DNA of 64,000 nt from Obrimoposthia wandeli (Eukaryota): positions 310,001 to 374,000 of the forward strand of contig CDROCS010002866.1 in the NCBI GenBank assembly GCA_977020255.1, written 5' to 3'. Shown in pieces: positions 1 through 9,516 of this stretch. A program made the translations under genes and the position numbers. A model generated the notes under the pieces. It had not been told where the DNA came from. It saw only the letters and a program-made list of their open reading frames with translations, and did no database searches. Positions within the stretch are counted from its first letter, which is position 1; each line of letters opens with the position of its first letter.

Positions 1-660
1 CCATCTGTATGGACAATAGATTTAGGTGATATGTTGTCTTCAATAAAAGGTATTAAGTGGTGTGAATCGCCTTTATCTATTCTTCTTATTCAAACTCTTC
101 CAAACCCTTTAGGCGAGTTGCACTTCAACAGCAATAACGACAAGTATTTTCTTAGTGTTACTTTTTCTTCCCTTTGGTGACAAGGGATCTAGACGATCAG
201 TTAACGCTAAATACGTTTCATCAACCTCGACAAGACCTGATAGTAAACTCCGATTAGCCTGCATCATAGACTGCCTTAGTTTGTGAAGCATAGTCCAAAC
301 TGTCTCATAGCTGCCAAGGCCTAAAACTCTCTGTAATCCTAAAGCACTAATCCCATTTTTCTGATTAGTAATATACCAAATAGCTGCGAACCAAATGCGT
401 AACTCTGTACGTGTTTTATTGAAGATAGTCCCAGCTGTCACTGTCGCTTGATATTTGCAGGAACGGCAAATAAATCTAGCTCTACTAGACTTGTTCGTGC
501 TGTCGGTTAGCCTGCATTTTGGGCAAGTAAACCCAGTCGGCCATCTCAGGTTTTCTAAGTAGTTACGACATAATTCTTCAGAGTGAAACCAATCGAGAAA
601 CTGGCTCCAAGTAGTGGGGTAATCGACACCAGCAATAGGCATTTTTTTAGAAGAGGTCAT
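1..660 (-). pseudogene. IS1595-family (ISSod11-like) transposase, frameshifted and with premature stop; runs off window edge
   Basis: N-terminal YLENLRWPTGFTCPKC zinc-finger motif and VEVDETY first catalytic Asp. ORF stops at 109-111 but a shifted frame continues SPKGFGRV*IRRIDKGDSHHLIPFIEDNISPKSIVHTDG (TGA at 90-92). Probable left end GGGGTATCCCCTTAGCTCC ending near 699. Confidence 0.85.
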
Positions 661-715
661 TCAATGATTTTAATCGTTTTGGAGCTAAGGGGATACCCCT
701 TATATAATATCAGTA

Positions 716-1693
716 ATGATTGCATATACAGAATTACGTATCATGAAAATATTTGATTTTAACAAGTTAAAACAAACGATTAGTGAACTCTCTCCTAGAC
801 AAAAGAATGATCTAGAAAAGCACTTGCTAAATCCCGAATCCCAACCTGAAGTACTTAAATTACTTGAAAAAGCGTTAAGTGGATGCCCTCATTGCCAGCA
901 TAATTATTCCTATAAATGGGGCACATCTAAAAGGCGTCAACGGTATCGTTGTAAGTCATGTTCAAAAACCTATAATGCGCTTACTGGTTCGCAATTGAGT
1001 GGGCTACATAAACCTGAACGGTGGGAGCAATACTGCCAAACGATGGTGGACTCAAAAACACTACGCGTTGCTGCAAAAGAGTGTCAAATTAATCTGACTA
1101 CTGCCTTCATGTGGCGTCATAAATTTCTAAAATTGGCAGATTTACTCATGAGTGAACAGCTTGAAGGCATTGTCGAAATAGATGAAACATGGTTCAAGTA
1201 TTCTGAAAAAGGCAGCCGTCATTTGACCGCCGAAAAGCCACGTAAACGTGGTAATGACAAGGCTTCTAAGGTAAAGGCTGTGATTGGTATCGATCGGAGT
1301 GGACACGTTGAAAATCAGGTTGTCGTTAGCTTTACGCTGTCTCAACTGAAAGCTGACTTTTTACCTAAGCTGGCTGAAGATCTTGTCCTCTGTACAGATG
1401 GTCATATCAATTATGAATACCTAGCGAAACAGGAAAAAATCAATCACGTGGTATTAAATCAAAGCCTTGGTGAGCGCGTAAAAGACAAAGTTTTTCATAT
1501 TCAAATCGTCAATGCATATCATATGAGATTAAAGCGATGGTTGACGCGTTTTTATGGCGTTGCAACGAAAAATTTGCAGAAATATATAGGGTGGTTTCGT
1601 TGGTTTGAGCTTAATAAACAGGTCGAAATATCGTCAGCAAGCTTCATGAAGGATATGTTGTGCACTGCGTTTCAACAAACTTCCCGAACATAG
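716..1693 (+). CDS. IS1595-family (ISPna2-like) transposase; true start may be ATG at 743
   Basis: CPHC...CKSC zinc finger, VEIDETWF, CTDG, HIQIVNAYH (DDN-type triad). Stop codon lies in a right-end sequence GAACATAGC shared with the element at 3330-4349. No matching left IR found. Confidence 0.9.
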   Translation: MIAYTELRIMKIFDFNKLKQTISELSPRQKNDLEKHLLNPESQPEVLKLLEKALSGCPHCQHNYSYKWGTSKRRQRYRCKSCSKTYNALTGSQLSGLHKPERWEQYCQTMVDSKTLRVAAKECQINLTTAFMWRHKFLKLADLLMSEQLEGIVEIDETWFKYSEKGSRHLTAEKPRKRGNDKASKVKAVIGIDRSGHVENQVVVSFTLSQLKADFLPKLAEDLVLCTDGHINYEYLAKQEKINHVVLNQSLGERVKDKVFHIQIVNAYHMRLKRWLTRFYGVATKNLQKYIGWFRWFELNKQVEISSASFMKDMLCTAFQQTSRT

Positions 1694-1837
1694 CTTTTAT
1701 AGAGATGTTTAATCTAATAGTCTGTCTTCTAACGTTTTCTCTTCTTTAGGCTTTTCCATGCGGTTGCTTTAGCGACTCTTTCTGATTGCAAAACCGCTTT
1801 CTTACAGATTTAAAAGACTGCGATATCTAAAGGATAT

Positions 1838-2124
1838 ATATGGACGCTCCCTAGATGTCAAGGTGCTGCTCTGCCTTCAGTGCTTTTATCACTGATTATT
1901 TTCTCTCTGTTCATCTGTCAATTGCTCTAAAGGCTTAGTCTAAAAGTTATCAGTACCAACATATAGACAGGCTCAATGTTAGAAATGATTTAACATTTCT
2001 GGCCTCGAATGAATTCCGTACCCTAGTCTGGTTTTAATTAGGTAGGCCAGACCTTTTCTTCATCAACTTTTAGCTGATTTTAATCGAAAAATCAAAGTGT
2101 TATTACGAATCCTGCCTCTAAAAA
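1838..2124 (-). mobile_element. Right-end remnant of an IS110-family (IS1111-type) element: decayed transposase tail plus 3' non-coding region
   Basis: Subterminal IR-like ATGGACGCTCCC at 1840-1851; outward-facing TTGACA (tgtcaa 1856-1861); degenerate tail ...NQLKVDEEKVWPT*; hairpins in the intervening ~200 nt. Confidence 0.55.
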
Positions 2125-3352
2125 TTAAGCGGTCATTCAGGGGCTAGATTACCCCATTATCGCTAAATCTGGCGTTAAATTTTGATCTGTAAACTTGTTT
2201 TTCCATCGCCTAGGCGTTAGCTCTTCAATTTTTGAATCAGGGTGCAAACTTACTTGCTGTAATACATCAACTAAGTAGGTATAAGGATTGATCTCATGTA
2301 AGCGACAGGTCACCAACAAGCTCTGTAAGATGCCTAAATGCTCAGCGCCGAGTTCTGTCCAGCAGAACAGGTAGTTTTTTCTACCCATCGGTATCACTCG
2401 TAGCGCGCTCTAAATGATTAGTATCCATCGCGACGGTGGGATTGCTCAAGAATACCTTTAACTCATCTTACCGCTCCCCCACATAATGCAGAGCACGCGA
2501 TAATGGGTTCGTCGGAAGTAAATCAGCGCGTTGGCGCTGCTCATAGACCAAGCTCAAAAAAGCCGTGACTAAAGGCTTGCTGTGTTTCTACCTATAGGCA
2601 ATCACTTCGCTTGGCTCTCGTAGATTGGTTTCGATATGCTTTTCTATTCGGTACAGTGCCCCGATCTGATCTATAGCACACTTAGCCATTTCGGGCTCTA
2701 TTAAGAGTGCTTTATCAAAATAACGGCGGACATGCACCCAGCACATTGCGTGGAAAATGTATTTTCTTGTTGGTTTAGTTGCTTCACTATCCGGCTATAG
2801 GCCGCAATAAAACACTGCTAAACTCTGCTAACGGCTCCTTTTCATGCACCATTGATTTACTTTTAGACCAAGTAAACGCTACTTCATCGCGACCACCAAA
2901 CATCGGCCAGTAGTAAGTTGTCGCATTTTTCCTTTACTCTTACGACCCGCTTTTATCGGTACTTCATCCATAGCCAATACTTTTGAATCAATGATGGATT
3001 GAAATTGCGCCCGATAGATAGGTTTTATCAACTCAATGCCTTTTTTCATCCAGTTAATCAAGGTGGCGCGGCTAATATGAATGCCGGAATCGATCATTCT
3101 CTGATGCTGGCAATACAGAGGTAAGTGATAAACGCCTTTGTCGACCATTAAACCCGCAATTAGCGAGACATCAGCATAACACCCATCCAGCACATTGCTG
3201 GGTGCGGATGGGGCGGAGACTGTTTGGGTTTGTTTATGTCGAACGACAGGACGGCGGTAGATTAAGATTGTGTAGCTGTCTGATTGCTGGGCTAGACACG
3301 TCGTTTCTTTATAGTCGATAATTTCATAAGGCTATGTTCCCGTCAGATAGTG

Positions 3353-3378
3353 CTATACTGATAATATTATCAGTATAG
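3353..3378. promoter_or_regulatory. Perfect 26-bp palindrome, LexA-box-like, overlapping a TATACT -10 hexamer upstream of the transposase
   Basis: CTATACTGATAATATTATCAGTATAG contains TACTG-N10-CAGTA; TATACT at 3354-3359. Confidence 0.5.
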
Positions 3379-3384
3379 AGGTGT

Positions 3385-4347
3385 TTGATTATGATCATCA
3401 CAGAATTCAATAAGCTTTTGAGTGCGCTTACTCAGTTAACCGACCAGCAAACAAAAAGAGTGGAAGAAGCTTTAAAAAGTGATAACCCAGCCCAAATAAT
3501 TATCAATGCCTTAGAGCAAAGAATGGTTACTAATCCAGAATGCCCACATTGCCACTCAGATCAAATAAAGCGTAATGGAAAGCTAAATATGATGCAGCGT
3601 TATCGATGTAAACACTGCTCTAAAACATTCAATGCAACGACAAAAACGCCATTAGCTAAGTTGCATTATAAGGACAAATGGCTGACTTATTTTTCTTGTA
3701 TGATTGAAGGTGATGTATTGAGAAAGTCAGCGATCAAATGCAATATTAATCTCAAGACGTCTTTTCGTTGGAGGCATCGCTTATTAGAGCTACCTTCATT
3801 GCTAAAGGCCACTTCACTGCAAGGGATTGTGGAGATGGATGAAACCTTTTTTCCTTATTCAGAAAAAGGAAGTAGGTGTCTTAGTAGACCCGCGAAGAAG
3901 CGAGGTGAAAAAGCAAAAAAACCAGGTAGGTCTAAAGAGGATTGGGTAGCAGTAATGACAGCACGAGACAGATCTAAGCATACATATGAAGCGGTTTTGT
4001 GTTCCGTGACATCAGCAGAACTAAACCGTAATTTAATGGGGAGAATAGAAGAAGACAGTGTTTTGTGCTCTGACGGTTACAGAGCTTATATTCGTGTAGC
4101 AGCGGCGAATAAGATGGAGCACAAACAACTCAATGTATCTGCTGGAATACGAGTAATTGATAAGGTTTTTCATATTCAAAATGTTAACGCCTACCACCAA
4201 AGATTGAAAAGTTGGATAAAACGTTTTCATGGAGTTGCTACAAAATACCTTGAACACTACTTAGGTTGGTTTAGATTTTTAGATACATCAGAAAACCCTA
4301 ATGAAAACAGTCTCTTTGAAGCACAGCAACACTTAACGGGAACATAG
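3385..4347 (+). CDS. IS1595-family transposase (apparently intact)
   Basis: CPHC...CKHC zinc finger, VEMDETFF, CSDG, HIQNVNAYH; stop codon inside the right IR. Confidence 0.93.
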   Translation: MIMIITEFNKLLSALTQLTDQQTKRVEEALKSDNPAQIIINALEQRMVTNPECPHCHSDQIKRNGKLNMMQRYRCKHCSKTFNATTKTPLAKLHYKDKWLTYFSCMIEGDVLRKSAIKCNINLKTSFRWRHRLLELPSLLKATSLQGIVEMDETFFPYSEKGSRCLSRPAKKRGEKAKKPGRSKEDWVAVMTARDRSKHTYEAVLCSVTSAELNRNLMGRIEEDSVLCSDGYRAYIRVAAANKMEHKQLNVSAGIRVIDKVFHIQNVNAYHQRLKSWIKRFHGVATKYLEHYLGWFRFLDTSENPNENSLFEAQQHLTGT

Positions 4348-4721
4348 CCTTTCATAATCATCGGCATTCTCACCTTGTAACTCAGGCGCAGGGATATCGA
4401 TTATCTTGGTGGGCACGAAGGCGTCAAAGCGCAGCCCCGTCTCGTTGACTTCGTCGACACTGAACTGCTTATTTGACTTGCGCTTATGAGCAGGAATATC
4501 AATGCTTTGATCAACCGCGACTGAATCAGGAGCAATGGCAAATAAGCTGTCTTAGGCGGGGTTTTCGATAATCTGTTTTTCAGATTTACGACCAAACATT
4601 TCGCGTTTAAACCATTCGACTTGCTGTTTAAGCACAGCAATCCGCTCTTTTAACTGAGCGGATTCACCGAAAGATTGAGGCTTGGATTTGGTTGTTTTCA
4701 TGTGCGATATTATAACAATGC

Positions 4722-5063
4722 TTATCGATAGAAGCGCTTGTTTTGTGGTACTTTTTGCCAATTAACACCCTCAATAAAACACTGCAATTGCGCCCAGTTT
4801 AACGGCATTTTTTCACTGTTATGGGTTGGCATCGAAAAGCAGCCTCGCTCAAGTCTCTTGCTCCACAGGCAGTAACCACCTCGACTATAATAGAGTATTT
4901 TAGCTTGGTTTTTATGACGATTGATGAAGACAAATAAGTCGCCGTTGCTAGCGTTTAACTTCATTTTAGATTGCGCCAGTGCCACTAAGCCATTGAACTG
5001 ATTTCTCATATTCGTTGGGTGGGCATAAAGCCAGACGGATAAGTTCGGGTCTTGCAGTAACAT
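4722..5063 (-). CDS. tnpB: IS66 accessory protein TnpB
   Basis: VWLYAHPTNMRNQFNGL...GDLFVFINR...KILYY...GYCLWSKRLERGCF; ATG at 5063 overlaps the tnpA stop. Confidence 0.9.
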   Translation of the reverse strand: MLLQDPNLSVWLYAHPTNMRNQFNGLVALAQSKMKLNASNGDLFVFINRHKNQAKILYYSRGGYCLWSKRLERGCFSMPTHNSEKMPLNWAQLQCFIEGVNWQKVPQNKRFYR

Positions 5064-5338
5064 CAAGTGTGCTTCGTGCGTATAATAACGCCGTTGGGCA
5101 AACTCAACTCTATGTCCCAATGCACTTGCGCAAGAGGCTCGCTAGGGACGTTATACCAATCGTCCCCGCTTGAAGTCGTTGAGTTCGTGTTGGTGTTCAT
5201 TAATTTGGAGCGCCATTGGTAAAAGCAGGATAATTAAACATTGTGCTGCTGACAGTAAACTTTAGTGGTTAAGCCACTTTCAGGCAGTTGATCTATTAGA
5301 GCTTGCCATTGAGCGCTGGTACATCAGGTCTTGGTCAT
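5063..5338 (-). pseudogene. tnpA: IS66 TnpA (HTH), two in-frame stops
   Basis: Manual translation MTKT*CTSAQWQALIDQLPESGLTTKVYCQQHNV*LSCFYQWRSKL...WDIELSLPNGVIIRTKHT. Confidence 0.8.
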
Positions 5339-5671
5339 TATAAACTTCTCGTTAATTGATAATGACTAATAGCTTAGTGGGTTTGAAACTTATGAGAAGA
5401 CGGCCTAAAATAACCGCTTACTTTTTAGTAACCTAATATTCAAATTCATAATGTCGCTGTTCGTGGGGGTCGATCGTTAACCCTGCACCATTTTATTCAC
5501 CAAGATAGGCCGCTAACTGATTCAGTGACGGATGTATTATCACATTTACACAAGCTTTGGGGATTCAATATAAAGCTAGAATCTATAAACAATAAAGGAG
5601 AAGTACTCAAGAAATACCATTTCCCACAGCACCAAACTTAAACTTTCTAATCATTCAAATTATGAGGTGTT

Positions 5672-6775
5672 TCATTCTGCTTTTACAGCTAATGTAGTTA
5701 ATAATGCCAGCTCATTAGCTAAACTAGTCATCGCATCATTTAATAAATCCATATCTATTTGGGAGGAGTTATCTCCTGACCAATATTCGATATAGTACTC
5801 ACCACTGTGATATTGTCGAAAAGCAGGAAGTAGTGCTAAATCGTGTTTATTAATGACATGCGCCAGCGCTTTTTTCAGCTCTTCTGGTTCTATTGTAAAA
5901 CGCACATGAAACATATTACATTGTGGTATTAGTGGTACCGTTTTAAGACCTGAAATCATGTTTAAGCGCTTAGCGAATGCTTTAGCGAACTCCCAATAAC
6001 TAGTCATTCTATTGCCACGCAATGCTAATGCATGTTTAGCTGTTAGTACATATGGATATAAATGATATAGATCGCCGCCATGACGCCTTTTCCAAATTCT
6101 GGCTTGATCCATAAAAGGTGTACTTGCCGCTAGCATGGCACCACAAACTCCTCCTAATCCTTTATAAAATGAAATGTAGACGGAATCGAATAAAGTACAA
6201 ACTTGTGCAGCGCTCTTTTCATAAAAAGGCAGTACTTCGAACAGCCTAGCGCCATCTAAATGTGTGTGAATACCTTGGTGTTTACACCAATTACACATTT
6301 CAACCAATGCATCCCAGCTAGGAAGCTGACCACCTATTTCTCTTTGTGGTAATTCAAATAATACTGCTGATACCTCTTCTAACTTGGCTAAATCTTGTAA
6401 ATCAAATAATCGATTTGCATCGCCTATTAAACAACCTTCAATTTTGTGCAATTCTTTTAACCCTTGTTGCTCGTGTATCTGCAAATGGCAAAAGGGGTGA
6501 AAAGCAACTTTTGCTAAGTTTTTTTGATCACAAGCAATACGCATCGCAATCTGCTGCGCCATTGTGCCACTTGGGAAAAAAATAGAACGCTCTTTGCCTA
6601 ATAGCTCAGATATCTGATCTTCAAAATCATTAATGACACTACCTGTACCATAATAATCACTTTGAGCATCTTTAGGGGTGTTACAAATTACTGCCAAGCT
6701 TTCAGCCATACTCTGAGTTGGATGCCCGTGCATCTGGTAATCAGCGCTTGATATCAGCTGTTCATATGTTTTCAT
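5672..6775 (-). CDS. Low-specificity L-threonine aldolase / beta-eliminating lyase family (PLP)
   Basis: FFPSGTMAQQIA, HLDGARLFE, SFYKGLGG (PLP lysine) motifs. Confidence 0.85.
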   Translation of the reverse strand: MKTYEQLISSADYQMHGHPTQSMAESLAVICNTPKDAQSDYYGTGSVINDFEDQISELLGKERSIFFPSGTMAQQIAMRIACDQKNLAKVAFHPFCHLQIHEQQGLKELHKIEGCLIGDANRLFDLQDLAKLEEVSAVLFELPQREIGGQLPSWDALVEMCNWCKHQGIHTHLDGARLFEVLPFYEKSAAQVCTLFDSVYISFYKGLGGVCGAMLAASTPFMDQARIWKRRHGGDLYHLYPYVLTAKHALALRGNRMTSYWEFAKAFAKRLNMISGLKTVPLIPQCNMFHVRFTIEPEELKKALAHVINKHDLALLPAFRQYHSGEYYIEYWSGDNSSQIDMDLLNDAMTSLANELALLTTLAVKAE

Positions 6776-6786
6776 AAAGCTAATTC

Positions 6787-7347
6787 TCAGTAATTGTTAA
6801 CTGTTTTCGGGTAGTGAATAATATTATGAAATACGGCAGTTTCTTCAGTTAAATTACGATATCCATGCGCCTTATCTGCGCGAAACCGCAAAGTATCTCC
6901 GGCTTTCAAACTTTGCCAATGTCCATCAGTTAACATTTCAAATTCTCCAGAAATAACAATAATATCTTCAATAACCCCAGTGTCGTGCGCATTAGATAAA
7001 TGAGTGCTATTTGCAGCCAGCCTGTGAGCAAATATTTCACAACAAACGATCGGATCAAAAGCAAATAACACCTGAAACTCTAATTGGCTATCAAATGAAT
7101 ATTTTATGTTTTTGTCAACAATAGGTAATATCTCGCAATTAGGTTGCTGTTCTAATAACGCAGATAATGGTAAATGAAACCCTTTTGCTATTTTCCACAT
7201 TGTTAAAATGGTAGGACTCGATTCTTCGCGCTCAATTTGGCCTAACATTGCCTTACTGACGGTTGTCTCTATTGCGGCTTTGCTCAAACTCCATTGCCGA
7301 ATTTTACGATTCCTTTTTAAATTATTAGCAATAATTGATTTCAGCAT
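6787..7347 (-). CDS. XRE-family HTH plus cupin transcriptional regulator (SutR/YdcN-like)
   Basis: VSKAMLGQIEREESSPT HTH; C-terminal cupin (H...VIEDIIV...F.ADK.HGYRN); divergent from a BenE gene as in E. coli ydcN-ydcO. Confidence 0.88.
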   Translation of the reverse strand: MLKSIIANNLKRNRKIRQWSLSKAAIETTVSKAMLGQIEREESSPTILTMWKIAKGFHLPLSALLEQQPNCEILPIVDKNIKYSFDSQLEFQVLFAFDPIVCCEIFAHRLAANSTHLSNAHDTGVIEDIIVISGEFEMLTDGHWQSLKAGDTLRFRADKAHGYRNLTEETAVFHNIIHYPKTVNNY

Positions 7348-7539
7348 ACTGGCTATTACCTATAAATTTAGTTTGTGCGTTAAAGCGCACAATGCTATTC
7401 TTCTCGTACACTATAACGCACGAATTGCAAAATAAGAATTTTTTCATAAATTTTATACTCAATATCTATTAAAATTTTATAAAAAAATTTATCTAAAAAA
7501 GCATAAATCACTATCAACTAATTCGAAGGGTTAAATGGA

Positions 7540-8715
7540 ATGATCAAATCACTCAAATTAACGCATATATCAGCGGGCTTTATTGCTGTTTTAGTTGGTT
7601 ACACCAGTAGTGTTGCTATCATTTTCCAAGCAGCAGAATCCTTAGGCACTTCTCAAGCACAACTCAATAGCTGGATGCTAGCTCTAGGCGTGGGTATGGG
7701 AATTACGTCTATCTTTTTATCAGTGGTTTTTCGTATGCCGATTATCACGGCATGGTCCACTCCTGGTGCTGCTCTATTAGTAACCTCCTTAGCTGGCGTT
7801 GATATATCTTTAGCCATCGGCAGTTTTATAATTAGCGGCTTATTAATCACCATTTGTGGCATTACAGGCTGGTTTGAAAAAATACAGCATCTAATTCCCA
7901 GCTCAATCGCCAATGCTATGCTAGCAGGTATTCTATTTGAGTTCGGCTTGGAAATTTTTTCTGCACTGCAACAAGAAATTCTATTAATTACTATAATGAT
8001 AACGAGCTATCTATTAGGAAAACCACTATTTAAAAACTTTAACATTCCAATAGTACTTATAATCGGAATATTTATTTGCTGGCAACAAAACCTCTTTATC
8101 GATCAAAAATTAGCACTGACTTTAGCCAGCCCTGTATGGATAATGCCCAGCTTTTCGATAGCGACTATCATTAGCGTTGCCATACCTCTATTCATTGTAA
8201 CCATGACATCGCAAAATGTACCCGGCATAGCAACTTTAAAAGCTGCAGGTTATAAGCCTCCCGTGTCGTCAGCGCTATGCGTAACTGGTATAGCAACCAT
8301 GCTGCTGGCACCACTTGGCGGATTTTCTTATAATTTAGCGGCCATCACCGCGGCCATATGTTGCGCTGAAGAGGTTGACTCTAATAAAAACACCCGCTTT
8401 ATTGCCGGGATTACAACGGGGATTTTTTACATAATAATTGGTTTGTTTGGCGCAACGGTTGTCAGCTTTTTCCTGATAGCACCTAAAGCACTGATTGCCG
8501 CTATTGCTGGCTTAGCTCTTTTAAATACCTTAGCCAATAGCTTGTCTAACGCACTTGCAGATACGAGCGAGCGAGAAGCAGCTTTAATCACGCTTTTAGT
8601 CACTGTTTCAGGCACTACTTTTTTCTCTATAGGATCTGCTTTTTGGGGCTTATTACTGGGCATGGTGTTTTTGTATGTATCTAAAATCATGAATAAAAAT
8701 AAAACTATAATATGA
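7540..8715 (+). CDS. BenE-family benzoate/H+ symporter-like transporter (YdcO-like)
   Basis: AGFIAVLVGYTSS, MPIITAWSTPGAALL, VTMTSQNVPG motifs; multiple TM segments. Confidence 0.9.
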   Translation: MIKSLKLTHISAGFIAVLVGYTSSVAIIFQAAESLGTSQAQLNSWMLALGVGMGITSIFLSVVFRMPIITAWSTPGAALLVTSLAGVDISLAIGSFIISGLLITICGITGWFEKIQHLIPSSIANAMLAGILFEFGLEIFSALQQEILLITIMITSYLLGKPLFKNFNIPIVLIIGIFICWQQNLFIDQKLALTLASPVWIMPSFSIATIISVAIPLFIVTMTSQNVPGIATLKAAGYKPPVSSALCVTGIATMLLAPLGGFSYNLAAITAAICCAEEVDSNKNTRFIAGITTGIFYIIIGLFGATVVSFFLIAPKALIAAIAGLALLNTLANSLSNALADTSEREAALITLLVTVSGTTFFSIGSAFWGLLLGMVFLYVSKIMNKNKTII

Positions 8716-8789
8716 ACTGCGCCACACATTTACCCCTGTTAAGTTGTATAATTTAATTCAACTTTAAACGTATTAACTAAGCGAGATTA

Positions 8790-9125
8790 ATGATGGATTG
8801 TTTATTCTGTAAAATTATAAACCGTGAAATCCCAGCAACGATACATTACGAAGATGATGAAATAATTGCTTTTGATGACATCAACCCTAAAGCGCCTTAT
8901 CATTTTTTAATAATACCCAAAAAACATATTAACACTCTAAATGATGTATCGGATGAAGACACACCTTTGATAGGCAGAATGGTTAAAATCGCGAGTATGT
9001 TAGCTAAAAAAGTAGGTATCGCAGAAGATGGTTATCGAACCGTTTTTAACTGTAATAAAGATGGTGGGCAAATAGTATTCCATATTCATCTACACATGAT
9101 AGGTGGAAAGAAACTATCATTTTAA
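8790..9125 (+). CDS. hinT: HIT-family purine nucleoside phosphoramidase
   Basis: DCLFCKII start; HIHLH histidine triad. Confidence 0.9.
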   Translation: MMDCLFCKIINREIPATIHYEDDEIIAFDDINPKAPYHFLIIPKKHINTLNDVSDEDTPLIGRMVKIASMLAKKVGIAEDGYRTVFNCNKDGGQIVFHIHLHMIGGKKLSF

Positions 9126-9516
9126 AACCTATAAAATTAATTTCATATGAATCAAAAGCACCCAGAATTAAATAAACCTATTATATTTTACAAATAGCAC
9201 CTTAATAAATAATTTTTATTCATATTTTAAAAATATAGAATAGGTATAATTTCTGCAAAGTAATACTCAAGAGTCCCTATTTGAAGGGGCTATAGTATAC
9301 TCAGGATATAAATAATCACTCTTTCACTTATATGTAATCCCAATAGTAATCATTTATATAACATCCTTCCAGACGTTAGATGACAGTAATTATTGATTAA
9401 AATTCAAATCCCTGTAGAAAACAAATAAGTTTATTCTTAATTTATCCTGAATATTTGCTATTATACTTAGCAGAACAACTTACTGCCCCATCATAAAATA
9501 CTCACAAGGAAAGAAT

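Larger units (their letters stand above)
3330..4349 (+). mobile_element. Complete IS1595-family element (ISPna2-like), 1020 bp
   Basis: Perfect 14-bp IRs GGCTATGTTCCCGT / ACGGGAACATAGCC; perfect 8-bp target duplication TTTCATAA at 3322-3329 and 4350-4357. Confidence 0.95.
2149..4701 (-). pseudogene. tnpC: IS66 TnpC transposase, fragmented
   Basis: Fragments ...LKQQVEWFKREMFGRKSEK, ...VLAMDEVPIK... and C-terminal GRKNYLF...LVTCRLHEINPYTYLVDVL; several frameshifts plus IS1595 insertion at 3330-4349. Confidence 0.85.
2125..5421 (-). mobile_element. Degraded IS66-family element (tnpA-tnpB-tnpC) interrupted by an IS1595 copy
   Basis: Terminal IRs GTAAGCGGTTATTTTAGG (ending 5421, minus strand) and TTAAGCGGTCATTCAGGG (starting 2125). 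About 2.27 kb after removing the insert and one TSD copy. Three IS66 genes in canonical order. Confidence 0.88.

Noticed and set aside
5490-5560. Minus-strand peptide QLAAYLG as a continuation of the IS110 transposase beyond IS66
   Set aside because: Seven-residue match followed by a stop; surrounding frame shows no similarity.
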